A stretch of 20,000 nucleotides of DNA from assembly GCF_004010195.1 (NCBI RefSeq), contig NW_025215340.1, positions 82,867 to 102,866 on the forward strand. Direction: 5' to 3'. The notes under the pieces are model-generated. The model ran no database searches and was not told the origin of the DNA. It saw nothing but the letters and a program-made list of their open reading frames with translations. Made by a program: the position numbers and the translations under genes. This stretch comes from Chiloscyllium plagiosum. Taxonomy: Eukaryota. This document shows, piece by piece, positions 1 to 11,146 of the stretch (its first letter is position 1; the number at the start of each line of letters is the position of its first letter).

Positions 1-179
1 TATTACTTGCAAGGTGGTTAACAAGCAATAATCCCTATTAAACAGCATCTCACCATTGCCGAGCAAGAATTCGTGCCTTGCCAAGAATGAAAACCTTAAA
101 AGATGGCATGAGGTACTCCTGCTTTCGGGCTTGTCACTTGATTCTGCCACAAATCTTACCATAACTTCTGTCACTTCCA

Positions 180-555
180 CAACTATAAGACTAAGTTGTC
201 TATCCAGTTTTACATCTTTTTTCACTTTTCTGTAGCAGTTTGGTACAAAGTGGCTAAATTGTCTATTTTAGATGGCAGTTAAGAATGAACCACATGGCTG
301 AGAGTTTGGTGTTACATATAGGCCATGCCAGGGGAGGACAGCAAATTTCCTTCCTGAAAAACTCTATTAAACCAGATGGGTATTTACAAAAATCATTATT
401 TCATGTCAACATTACTGAGACTACCTTTTCATTTCAAAATTCTGAAAATTAAAATCTAAATTCCACCAGCTGCACTGGTTAACTCTGCACCCATGTCCTC
501 ATGATATTAAACTGGACCTATATACTTTTACTGCTCTTATGAATTATCATTAGTG
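180..555 (-). mobile_element. Degenerate Deu-domain SINE-like relic (SacSINE1/DeuSINE-like)
   Basis: The blocks ggcagttaagaatgaaccacat...ggacagcaaatttccttcc...accagatggg...attactgagacta resemble the reverse complement of the shark DeuSINE body, recalled from memory. The reverse complement of 271-284 (tcttaactgccatc) matches 15130-15143 (tcttaactgtcatc). Boundaries are approximate. Confidence 0.5.
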
Positions 556-940
556 TTGTCCAGCACTGACTAAACATAAACCTCTTGTTCATTTAGACCA
601 TTCATAATAGCAAATTCTGAACCCCATGAACATTAATGTGCTAAAAATTGTAGTTGTCCAATTTTACGCTTGTCCTCCTTGCTACCAAATACATTTTTAA
701 ACAACAATTTGCATTAGCAATGCTGAATTGCTCCTTCCCACTTTGGTACATCACAGATTTGCAGAAAAATGTGATTACATTTTTTCAATAATGCCTGTAC
801 ACAATCTTCTCATAGAATTACTTCTCAAGCACTTGGTTGCGATAGTTTATTTTTTCTCTTTAACTCAAATGTCAAAAATACACCTAATTTTCCAATACAT
901 TTCCCATCTAAATGTATACTTGCTATTTTAGATTAGATTA

Positions 941-1472
941 TGTGAGAGGTAATTTCGGTTTAAACTTTAAGATGTGCCTGGACCACAGACTGATCTATAT
1001 AATGTTCTTTTCTAGAACATTTTATATACTCAAAAGTAGAATAGTTTAAATTGTGCAGAATGCTGACAATTTGTGAGCAGAGTAAAAACAAACAGGCCCT
1101 TGATTGATGAAACCATTAACACAGGCAGGGAAGGACTGATAAGTGACTGATAAGACTCCAGGATAGGGAAACGACTCGAGAGACATCTGTTACAGATTAA
1201 AGTCTTTGACTGATAAGACTACAGGGTGAGAAAAACAACAAACTTTGGAGACTCTGGAGCCTTTTGTTGCAGACTTTGTGATAAAAATAATGATGTTTTT
1301 AAGAATGTGAACCTCATGGCGTGTTAGAGCCAAGGAGAGGAGGGACTTGTACTGTATATAATGGGAGACTTTGGAAGCCTCAGCGCGCCTTTTCTTCAAG
1401 GGTGCCCGACTCTGCAGACTTGACTTGTTAATAAAACTTTGTTTTCCTGAATTTGTCTAGAGCAATTATTGA
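941..1472 (+). mobile_element. LTR copy 1 (intact 5' end, lacks the last ~22 bp)
   Basis: 1042-1472 aligns with 5932-6378. TATATAA at 1355-1361, AATAAA at 1430-1435, repeated GACTGATAAG motifs. Breaks at ...attattga directly into the array. Confidence 0.8.
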
Positions 1473-4400
1473 CTGACAATTTGTGAGCAGAGTAAAAACA
1501 AACAGGCTAGTTTAAATTGTGCAGAATGCTGACAATTTGTGAGCAGAGTAAAAACAAACAGGCTAGTTTAAATTGTGCAGAATGCTGACAATTTGTGAGC
1601 AGAGTAAAAACAAACAGGCTAGTTTAAATTGTGCAGAATGCTGACAATTTGTGAGCAGAGTAAAAACAAACAGGCTAGTTTAAATTGTGCAGAATGCTGA
1701 CAATTTGTGAGCAGAGTAAAAACAAACAGGCTAGTTTAAATTGTGCAGAATGCTGACAATTTGTGAGCAGAGTAAAAACAAACAGGCTAGTTTAAATTGT
1801 GCAGAATGCTGACAATTTGTGAGCAGAGTAAAAACAAACAGGCTAGTTTAAATTGTGCAGAATGCTGACAATTTGTGAGCAGAGTAAAAACAAACAGGCT
1901 AGTTTAAATTGTGCAGAATGCTGACAATTTGTGAGCAGAGTAAAAACAAACAGGCTAGTTTAAATTGTGCAGAATGCTGACAATTTGTGAGCAGAGTAAA
2001 AACAAACAGGCTAGTTTAAATTGTGCAGAATGCTGACAATTTGTGAGCAGAGTAAAAACAAACAGGCTAGTTTAAATTGTGCAGAATGCTGACAATTTGT
2101 GAGCAGAGTAAAAACAAACAGGCTAGTTTAAATTGTGCAGAATGCTGACAATTTGTGAGCAGAGTAAAAACAAACAGGCTAGTTTAAATTGTGCAGAATG
2201 CTGACAATTTGTGAGCAGAGTAAAAACAAACAGGCTAGTTTAAATTGTGCAGAATGCTGACAATTTGTGAGCAGAGTAAAAACAAACAGGCTAGTTTAAA
2301 TTGTGCAGAATGCTGACAATTTGTGAGCAGAGTAAAAACAAACAGGCTAGTTTAAATTGTGCAGAATGCTGACAATTTGTGAGCAGAGTAAAAACAAACA
2401 GGCTAGTTTAAATTGTGCAGAATGCTGACAATTTGTGAGCAGAGTAAAAACAAACAGGCTAGTTTAAATTGTGCAGAATGCTGACAATTTGTGAGCAGAG
2501 TAAAAACAAACAGGCTAGTTTAAATTGTGCAGAATGCTGACAATTTGTGAGCAGAGTAAAAACAAACAGGCTAGTTTAAATTGTGCAGAATGCTGACAAT
2601 TTGTGAGCAGAGTAAAAACAAACAGGCTAGTTTAAATTGTGCAGAATGCTGACAATTTGTGAGCAGAGTAAAAACAAACAGGCTAGTTTAAATTGTGCAG
2701 AATGCTGACAATTTGTGAGCAGAGTAAAAACAAACAGGCTAGTTTAAATTGTGCAGAATGCTGACAATTTGTGAGCAGAGTAAAAACAAACAGGCTAGTT
2801 TAAATTGTGCAGAATGCTGACAATTTGTGAGCAGAGTAAAAACAAACAGGCTAGTTTAAATTGTGCAGAATGCTGACAATTTGTGAGCAGAGTAAAAACA
2901 AACAGGCTAGTTTAAATTGTGCAGAATGCTGACAATTTGTGAGCAGAGTAAAAACAAACAGGCTAGTTTAAATTGTGCAGAATGCTGACAATTTGTGAGC
3001 AGAGTAAAAACAAACAGGCTAGTTTAAATTGTGCAGAATGCTGACAATTTGTGAGCAGAGTAAAAACAAACAGGCTAGTTTAAATTGTGCAGAATGCTGA
3101 CAATTTGTGAGCAGAGTAAAAACAAACAGGCTAGTTTAAATTGTGCAGAATGCTGACAATTTGTGAGCAGAGTAAAAACAAACAGGCTAGTTTAAATTGT
3201 GCAGAATGCTGACAATTTGTGAGCAGAGTAAAAACAAACAGGCTAGTTTAAATTGTGCAGAATGCTGACAATTTGTGAGCAGAGTAAAAACAAACAGGCT
3301 AGTTTAAATTGTGCAGAATGCTGACAATTTGTGAGCAGAGTAAAAACAAACAGGCTAGTTTAAATTGTGCAGAATGCTGACAATTTGTGAGCAGAGTAAA
3401 AACAAACAGGCTAGTTTAAATTGTGCAGAATGCTGACAATTTGTGAGCAGAGTAAAAACAAACAGGCTAGTTTAAATTGTGCAGAATGCTGACAATTTGT
3501 GAGCAGAGTAAAAACAAACAGGCTAGTTTAAATTGTGCAGAATGCTGACAATTTGTGAGCAGAGTAAAAACAAACAGGCTAGTTTAAATTGTGCAGAATG
3601 CTGACAATTTGTGAGCAGAGTAAAAACAAACAGGCTAGTTTAAATTGTGCAGAATGCTGACAATTTGTGAGCAGAGTAAAAACAAACAGGCTAGTTTAAA
3701 TTGTGCAGAATGCTGACAATTTGTGAGCAGAGTAAAAACAAACAGGCTAGTTTAAATTGTGCAGAATGCTGACAATTTGTGAGCAGAGTAAAAACAAACA
3801 GGCTAGTTTAAATTGTGCAGAATGCTGACAATTTGTGAGCAGAGTAAAAACAAACAGGCTAGTTTAAATTGTGCAGAATGCTGACAATTTGTGAGCAGAG
3901 TAAAAACAAACAGGCTAGTTTAAATTGTGCAGAATGCTGACAATTTGTGAGCAGAGTAAAAACAAACAGGCTAGTTTAAATTGTGCAGAATGCTGACAAT
4001 TTGTGAGCAGAGTAAAAACAAACAGGCTAGTTTAAATTGTGCAGAATGCTGACAATTTGTGAGCAGAGTAAAAACAAACAGGCTAGTTTAAATTGTGCAG
4101 AATGCTGACAATTTGTGAGCAGAGTAAAAACAAACAGGCTAGTTTAAATTGTGCAGAATGCTGACAATTTGTGAGCAGAGTAAAAACAAACAGGCTAGTT
4201 TAAATTGTGCAGAATGCTGACAATTTGTGAGCAGAGTAAAAACAAACAGGCTAGTTTAAATTGTGCAGAATGCTGACAATTTGTGAGCAGAGTAAAAACA
4301 AACAGGCTAGTTTAAATTGTGCAGAATGCTGACAATTTGTGAGCAGAGTAAAAACAAACAGGCTAGTTTAAATTGTGCAGAATGCTGACAATTTGTGAGC

Positions 4401-5986
4401 AGAGTAAAAACAAACAGGCTAGTTTAAATTGTGCAGAATGCTGACAATTTGTGAGCAGAGTAAAAACAAACAGGCTAGTTTAAATTGTGCAGAATGCTGA
4501 CAATTTGTGAGCAGAGTAAAAACAAACAGGCTAGTTTAAATTGTGCAGAATGCTGACAATTTGTGAGCAGAGTAAAAACAAACAGGCTAGTTTAAATTGT
4601 GCAGAATGCTGACAATTTGTGAGCAGAGTAAAAACAAACAGGCTAGTTTAAATTGTGCAGAATGCTGACAATTTGTGAGCAGAGTAAAAACAAACAGGCT
4701 AGTTTAAATTGTGCAGAATGCTGACAATTTGTGAGCAGAGTAAAAACAAACAGGCTAGTTTAAATTGTGCAGAATGCTGACAATTTGTGAGCAGAGTAAA
4801 AACAAACAGGCTAGTTTAAATTGTGCAGAATGCTGACAATTTGTGAGCAGAGTAAAAACAAACAGGCTAGTTTAAATTGTGCAGAATGCTGACAATTTGT
4901 GAGCAGAGTAAAAACAAACAGGCTAGTTTAAATTGTGCAGAATGCTGACAATTTGTGAGCAGAGTAAAAACAAACAGGCTAGTTTAAATTGTGCAGAATG
5001 CTGACAATTTGTGAGCAGAGTAAAAACAAACAGGCTAGTTTAAATTGTGCAGAATGCTGACAATTTGTGAGCAGAGTAAAAACAAACAGGCTAGTTTAAA
5101 TTGTGCAGAATGCTGACAATTTGTGAGCAGAGTAAAAACAAACAGGCTAGTTTAAATTGTGCAGAATGCTGACAATTTGTGAGCAGAGTAAAAACAAACA
5201 GGCTAGTTTAAATTGTGCAGAATGCTGACAATTTGTGAGCAGAGTAAAAACAAACAGGCTAGTTTAAATTGTGCAGAATGCTGACAATTTGTGAGCAGAG
5301 TAAAAACAAACAGGCTAGTTTAAATTGTGCAGAATGCTGACAATTTGTGAGCAGAGTAAAAACAAACAGGCTAGTTTAAATTGTGCAGAATGCTGACAAT
5401 TTGTGAGCAGAGTAAAAACAAACAGGCTAGTTTAAATTGTGCAGAATGCTGACAATTTGTGAGCAGAGTAAAAACAAACAGGCTAGTTTAAATTGTGCAG
5501 AATGCTGACAATTTGTGAGCAGAGTAAAAACAAACAGGCTAGTTTAAATTGTGCAGAATGCTGACAATTTGTGAGCAGAGTAAAAACAAACAGGCTAGTT
5601 TAAATTGTGCAGAATGCTGACAATTTGTGAGCAGAGTAAAAACAAACAGGCTAGTTTAAATTGTGCAGAATGCTGACAATTTGTGAGCAGAGTAAAAACA
5701 AACAGGCTAGTTTAAATTGTGCAGAATGCTGACAATTTGTGAGCAGAGTAAAAACGAACAGGCTAGTTTAAATTGTGCAGAATGCTGACAATTTGTGAGC
5801 AGAGTAAAAACAAACAGGCTAGTTTAAATTGTGCAGAATGCTGACAATTTGTGAGCAGAGTAAAAACAAACAGGCTAGTTTAAATTGTGCAGAATGCTGA
5901 CAATTTGTGAGCAGAGTAAAAACAAACAGGCTAGTTTAAATTGTGCAGAATGCTGACAATTTGTGAGCAGAGTAAAAACAAACAGG
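1473..5986. repeat. Homogeneous 56-bp tandem array, ~80.6 units (tagtttaaattgtgcagaatgctgacaatttgtgagcagagtaaaaacaaacaggc)
   Basis: Printed lines recur every 840 bp (15 x 56). The array has a 35-bp partial unit (1473-1507), 79 full units (1508-5931) and a last unit continuing into LTR copy 2. I noticed only one internal variant (A>G at 5756). The unit is identical to LTR positions 1042-1097. Confidence 0.98.
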
Positions 5987-6400
5987 TCCTTGATTGATGA
6001 AACCATTAACATAGGTAGGGAAGGATGAGTCCTTGACTGATAAGACTGCAGGATAGGGAAACGACTCGAGAGACATCTGCTCCAGATTGCACAGACAGAG
6101 AAGAATAAGTCTTTGACTGATAAGACTACAGGGTGAGAAAAACAACAACTTTAGAGACTCTGGAGCCATTTGTTGCAGACTTTGTGATAAGAATAATGAT
6201 GTTTTTAAGAATGTGAACCTCATGGCTTGTTAGAGCCAAGGAGAGGAGGGACTTGTACTGTATATAATGGGAGACTTTGTAAGCCTCAGCGCGCCTTTTC
6301 TTCAAGGGTGCCCAACTCTGCAGACTTGACTTGTTAATAAAACTTTGTTTTCCTGAATTTGTCTAGAGCGATTATTGAGAAGCGATTTTCGTTTCTAACA
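5932..6400 (+). mobile_element. LTR copy 2 (lacks the first ~101 bp, intact 3' end)
   Basis: Aligns with 1042-1472 with about a dozen substitutions and indels. TATATAA at 6261-6267, AATAAA at 6336-6341, terminal CA at 6399-6400. Confidence 0.8.
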
Positions 6401-6676
6401 GATTAGATTAGATTATTTACAGTGTGGAAACAGGCCCTTCGGCCCAACAAGCCAGACCGACCCGCCGAAGCACAACCATTCCCCTACATTTACCCCTTCA
6501 CCTAACACTACGGGCAATTTACCTCGGCCAATTCACCTGACCTGCACATTTTTGGACTGTGGGAGGAAACCGGAGCACCCGGAGAAAACCTGCAAACTCC
6601 ACACAGTCAGTCGCCTGAGGCGGGAATTGAAGCCGGGTCTCCGGCGCTGTGAGGTAGCAGTGCAACCGTGCCGCCT
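6401..6676 (-). mobile_element. HE1-like tRNA-derived V-SINE with internal deletions; the rest of its (GATTA)n tail lies at 928-940
   Basis: Reverse-complement match to the SINEs at 9253 and 19157 (ggactgtgggaggaaaccggagcacccg; acagtgtggaaacaggcccttcggccc). The (TAATC)n tail is split by the LTR element. Confidence 0.9.
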
Positions 6677-8018
6677 CTTGGAAGTTTGAGAGCACACTGT
6701 ATAACTACTTTGTAAAAATTACTTTACAAGACAAATGTTTGCTAGAGTTGATGAAAGACCAGATGCCATAGCTCATTGTGCACCTTTAATTATTCTTATC
6801 AAAAATTGTAAAGTTCATGAATATCAATCTGCTCTGAAGCTGCAGAATGTAATTCAATATTTATTCTGAAACAAACACCATCTCAAAGTCCATCTACTTA
6901 AGATATTTATTTTCCCAATAAAGATTTTCTTCCCCTTCCCAAAGTTTAACTATGAACATGACAATCTGACAACATGGCAGCGTGCCCAGTTAGTAAACTA
7001 TTGCAAAACTAAGTCATAAAAACACAAAAAGGTCCAAAGTTTGTTCAATGGCTGGTGTTACGTTAGCTGACTTCAGCTTGTCTACAGCACAAGAATTAAA
7101 ATCACTGTCAACCCTCCTGCCTAAGAATAGGAATCAAATTTATCATTCTTGTTCCTAACTACAGCAATCTAGATGGAAAATGTTGGTGACCTGTAAGGTC
7201 AGAATTAGGCTGGAACTTATTAGAAAAAAAGGGAAATAACATCTGCGTTCCAGGGTGCACTGTATAATGGTGACAACGAAGGCTTTTTAGCTTCAACAGT
7301 TACGAAAGATACCACGGACATTTATTTAAATGATTTAGTATACATGTTAACGTAAATCTGCATCAACCACAGATCTTGTTGCTGATTGTGACAGAAATAT
7401 TCATGGACTGATAGAAGTGTTTTAATCAAAACATTAACACATTTAAAACTAATTTAATCTTTTTTTCCCTAATGAGTAGATTTCTTTCTCGCAATTCACA
7501 TATAAATTTCTAGTTATCCTCAAAATCTTTAAATCTTGCTCTGCAAAATGCAGGACTGGTGCAGAAGAAAATGAACAGAACTTAAACAATTAGTTCCCAA
7601 CTATTTGCTTTGGCAAGAAACATAATCTCTAACAGATTTCCAAATATATAATCAGATTTGTCTAAAACCTAAAATACGTTCTGCACTAAAATAAATTGTT
7701 TCTTGTGCGTTAAACGATAGTTAAAACAGTGAGAAGTTGAAAACTTTTTTGCAGTCTTATCAACTGAAAATTTCTATTAGTCACTTTGTTTGTTATAGTT
7801 TGAAAATTCAGTTGCCAATGCTAAACATTAACATGTAACATGACCAGGTTGTTCATCTCTTATAAAAAAACTATAAATCAGGTGAGACAAGGGAAATATA
7901 ATAAAATTAGAACATACATAAAATAAAGTTACTCACTGATTTAAAACACATGATAATTATCTCCAGAAGAATAATAACATATACAATACACACAAAATGG
8001 CATGCAACAAAAACTCAC

Positions 8019-8121
8019 CTTCCGTCCTGACAGCAGACACCTTGTTTTTATTACAGTTGATACAAACAATAAAAAGTATAATGAACAAGAAGGGATTTAG
8101 TAACAACTGAAATTTCTTCAT
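8019..8121 (-). CDS. Candidate first coding exon of a secreted or membrane protein (signal-peptide-like MKKFQLLLNPFLFIILFIVCINCNKNKVSAVRTE, phase-1 intron)
   Basis: ATG at 8121 with G at -3. Basic N-region followed by a ~16-residue hydrophobic core. Ends at a consensus donor AAG|GTGAGT (8018-8013). Lies in non-repetitive sequence. Not recognised as a specific gene. Confidence 0.5.
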
Positions 8122-8250
8122 AACTCCCACACTGCACCATCTACTGGTGAAAGCCCTACACTTCTATTGAATGATTCTCACTTTTGAGGTTGAATTGATG
8201 AATATTTTCCTTCGGAGTACTTTTTCATTTGAGAAGAGTACAGAGAGTCT

Positions 8251-8277
8251 CTTCCTGTTTATATTATCACAGGAAGT
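8251..8277 (-). promoter_or_regulatory. Putative promoter motif cluster: inverted ETS sites flanking TATAAA and a GATA site
   Basis: Sequence cttcctgtttatattatcacaggaagt. ACAGGAAG occurs on both strands (8251-8258, 8269-8276), with minus-strand TATAAA (8258-8263) and TGATAA (8264-8269). It sits about 140 bp upstream of the candidate ATG. Confidence 0.3.
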
Positions 8278-8350
8278 CTTAGAATATTTTTTAAAAAGAG
8301 CATTACCCAAACAGAAAACAACTACAGGGTGCAGAGTGTTTATGTGCAAT

Positions 8351-8614
8351 AATCATAGAATCCCAACAATGCAAAACCATTTGGCCCATTCAGTCTGCAC
8401 TGATCCTCTGAAGAGTATTCCTCATTTACCATGGCTAATCCACCTAGCCTACACTTCTTTGGACTGTGGGAGGAAACTGGAGCATCCAGTGAAAACCCAC
8501 ACAAACATGGGGAAAGCACACAAGCTCTAGCCGACAGTCAACCAAGGCTGCAAGTGAACCTTAGTCCCTTATGCTATGCGGCAGCAGTGTGACCATTATG
8601 CCACCATGCCATCC
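8351..8614 (-). mobile_element. Older, diverged HE1-like V-SINE
   Basis: V-domain ggactgtgggaggaaactggagcatccagtgaaaacccac, head remnant gccaccatgccatcc, and tail aatcatagaatc. Confidence 0.85.
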
Positions 8615-8626
8615 AGCATTGTTCTA

Positions 8627-9570
8627 GTGTTTGAATCGCAAAACGTTAATATGCAGATCCAAGAAGTAATTATGAAGCTAATGCAATACTATGGTTTTAT
8701 GATGAAAGGAATTTAATATAAACATATTAGATGTTATGTTACCGTCCTATAGAGCATTGGTAAGACTATATCTCAAATACTATGTGTAGTTTTGCTCTAT
8801 CTATTTAAGAAAGTGTGTACATTTGTTGGAGAGATGTTTACTAAATTGATAGCTGGAATGAACAGCTTGTTTATGAGGGTATTTTGAAGAACTTGCTTTC
8901 AAACAAGATTAGAAGAGTGACTTGTGTCTTTATTAAGTTAAAAAAAATCCTGGTCAGTCTTGGAAGTTATATTTCCTCTTGTGATTGAGTTCAGAACCAG
9001 AGAGTTACTGTTTTAATATTAGAGGTCACCTAACATTAGTTCACCTTTGGACAAATGAGGTGAATTTTGCCTCAGAGGATGGCGAAGATGGAGCCATTGA
9101 GTATTTTTAAGGTGACGGTAGATTTTTGTTCATCAAGGAATGTAAAGGTGGTCAGGGTTAGATGAAAATGTGGAATTCAAAACACAATCAGATCAGCCGT
9201 GAACTCATTGAACAGCAGAGGATGTTCAAAGGGACAAGTGGCCTACATCAGTGGGCGGCACGGTGGCACAGTGGTTAGCACTGTTGCCTCACAGCACCAG
9301 AGACCCGGGTTCAATTCCTGCCTCAGGCGACTGACTGTGTGGATTTTGCATGTTCTCCCCGTGTCTGCGTGGGTTTCCTACGGGTGTTCCGGTTTCCTCC
9401 CACAGTCCAAAGATATGCAGGTCAGGTGAATTAGCTATGCTAAATTGCCTGTAGTGTTAGGTTAGGGGTATGGGTGGGTTGCGCTTCGGCGGGGGGGTGT
9501 GGACTTGTTGGGCCGAAGGGCCTGTTTCCACACTGTAAGTAATCTAATCAGTTCTTAATCTATATATTTT
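8627..9570 (+). mobile_element. Highly decayed CR1 LINE 3' fragment, interrupted by the SINE at 9253-9546
   Basis: Remnant of the LYRALVRPHLEYCVQFW region (agagcattggtaagactatatctcaaatactatgtgtagttttg) and a CR1-type 3' UTR (gatcagccgtgaactcattgaa...gtggcctac). Confidence 0.7.
9253..9546 (+). mobile_element. HE1-like V-SINE, near full length, 6-bp TSD
   Basis: A box tggcacagtgg (9264-9274), B box ggttcaattcc (9308-9318), V-domain and tail gtaagtaatcta. TSD atcagt at 9247-9252 and 9547-9552. Confidence 0.95.
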
Positions 9571-9700
9571 AATATACTTGTTATTTAATTGTAATTTTCA
9601 AAATCTAGTTAAGCTGTCAAGATAAATTCTTTACACCACCATTTCAGGTTCCAGCCAGGCAGAACTTCATTTACATTGCCTTGGTTATACTTGTAATTAT

Positions 9701-10733
9701 TGTTACAATACAGTACTGATCCCTTCTGTTAATTAAACCAAACACCCAGAAAAGCTCACCTCGCCACATAATCTGTTAAAATATGACAGACAGAGAATTC
9801 CCAAATGCCACTATTTAAAGAAAATAATAAGTCTAAAACTGAATATTAAACCACAACTATTCACAACTCTAAGCACCCCTTTCTTTTATATGCTTATTAA
9901 CTGCCTCCAACTCTATAACAATATACTGTTCCAATAAAACTTATTAAAATTACTTCAACTTAATTTCAAAACCACACAGCAGCTGAAGTCTTCAGTGTCT
10001 TTCTTTCCCCAGCTAAAGATTTCCCTGGTGGCACAGTGGCAAGCACTGCTGCCTCATAGTGCTAGAGACGCAGATTCAATTCCCGCCTCAGGCGACTGAC
10101 TGTGTAGAGTTTGCACATTCTCCCTGTGTCTGCATGCGTACCCTCTGGGTGCTCTGGTTTCCTCCCACAGTCCAAAAATGTGCAGGTTAGGTGAATTGGC
10201 CATGCTAAATTGTCCATAGTGTTAGGTGAAGGGGTAAATGTAAGGGAATGGGTCTGAGTCGGTTGCGCTTCAGTGGGTCAGTGTGGACTTGTTGGGCCGA
10301 AGGGCCTGTTTCCACGCTGTATGAAATCTACAGAATCTTCTTTCTTTTTACTGTGAATATGTTTCATATGAAAAGGGACGTTTAATTTTCTTGGATCTGT
10401 GTTGATGGCAGTTGCTCTGTCAAAAATCTTTAAACTGCCTGCTTTTTTTTAACATCCACAAGATCGGATTGTCTCATTGGTTCAATATTGGTAAAACAAT
10501 AAATTCAAACTCAATTGGGTGCTGGGCATAATTTAAACTGATTGGTTAAATTTGAATTGTTGTCAAAACAGCAACCAACTCAGGTTACCCATTTCACAAC
10601 CAAATATTACATATTTTCAATTTTCCAGTACACTCTGAGACTGCCATTTAATCATTTCGCACAGGTGCTTGTAAGCTCTCAATTCCAAACACTCTCCTTT
10701 AAATGTAGTGTACACACCTTCTACTTTATAACA
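9701..10733. mobile_element. Probable solo LTR (Gypsy-type, ~730 bp excluding the nested SINE)
   Basis: Termini TGTTACAA...TTATAACA (7/8 inverted) with an imperfect 4-bp TSD ttat/ctat. The right-end motif cctttaaatgtagtgtac loosely parallels the end of the LTR at ~16495. No coding region. Confidence 0.55.
10027..10330 (+). mobile_element. HE1-like V-SINE (slightly 5'-truncated) nested in the solo LTR
   Basis: A box ggtggcacagtgg, variant B box agattcaattcc, V-domain, and tail gggccgaagggcctgtttccacgctgta. Confidence 0.93.
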
Positions 10734-11146
10734 CTATATTGCTCTGCAAAAACCACATTCCATGGAATGAAATGTGAGCAGAGTTCTTGCCAAAGACTTA
10801 AAAATGTTAGGGGAGATAATCTCTTGTCTGTTAAAACTTAAACTAAAATTAGATAAGTTTAAACATCCGTAAACAAACATAACAAATTGAAAAAGTCAGT
10901 AAATCTGACAGATCCATATAATCAACTTTATAAGGAATACACAAATGAAATAAATCCCTGAATTAAAGCCATTGCTCTCTTTTGCCAAAAAATCAAATGT
11001 TACAAACTTGGGCAATGACTTACAAAATGACCCAAACTATATACTTCTCATGTTGTAGCGCACTTTCCCTTCTCATAAATCTTTAGATTTCATCTCCCCT
11101 CCCTGCCTTTTGTCACTAGCGGTTCTTCTCTTCTTTGCCACACAGA

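Larger units (their letters stand above)
941..6400 (+). mobile_element. Solo-LTR-derived element (Gypsy/ERV-type LTR, ~570 bp reconstructed) with internal duplication and satellite
   Basis: Starts TGTGAGA (941) and ends TCTAACA (6400), 6/7 inverted termini. Flanked by GATTA at 936-940 and 6401-6405. Contains TATATAA followed by AATAAA about 75 bp later. No PBS, PPT or coding region is seen. Confidence 0.8.

Noticed and set aside
160..229. Possible minus-strand exon (CAG acceptor, GTAAG donor)
   Set aside because: Weak pyrimidine tract, overlaps a repeat relic, and its only open phase does not fit the candidate leader exon.
728..931. 67-aa ORF
   Set aside because: Non-ATG start, AT-rich sequence and no recognisable motif.
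1473..5986. CRISPR array
   Set aside because: Units are head-to-tail with no variable spacers, there are no cas genes, the context is eukaryotic, and the unit derives from the LTR.
1473..5986. Synthetic lac operator array (ttgtgagc resembles the lacO half-site)
   Set aside because: Only about 8 bp match, GGATAACAATT is absent, and the same sequence is native to the LTR.
1473..5986. Repeat-protein coding region
   Set aside because: 56 is not a multiple of 3 and the unit contains stop codons, so all frames close. The ORF track shows no ORF here.
7937..7960. Possible 24-nt micro-exon ending in GTGAGT
   Set aside because: Would need a 58-nt intron with a GAG acceptor and introduces an in-frame stop.
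8171..8530. 119-aa ORF
   Set aside because: Runs into an antisense SINE (LDCGRKLEHP is translated V-domain) and has no homology cue.
9199..9429. SINE-derived ORFs (also 13658-14103 and 19015-19358) and tRNA gene calls
   Set aside because: These are chance translations of SINE sequence. The A and B boxes belong to SINE heads with no complete cloverleaf.
11024..11076. Short minus-strand ATG-to-GTAAGT segment (MRRESALQHEKYIVWVI)
   Set aside because: Too short and without supporting features; consistent with chance.
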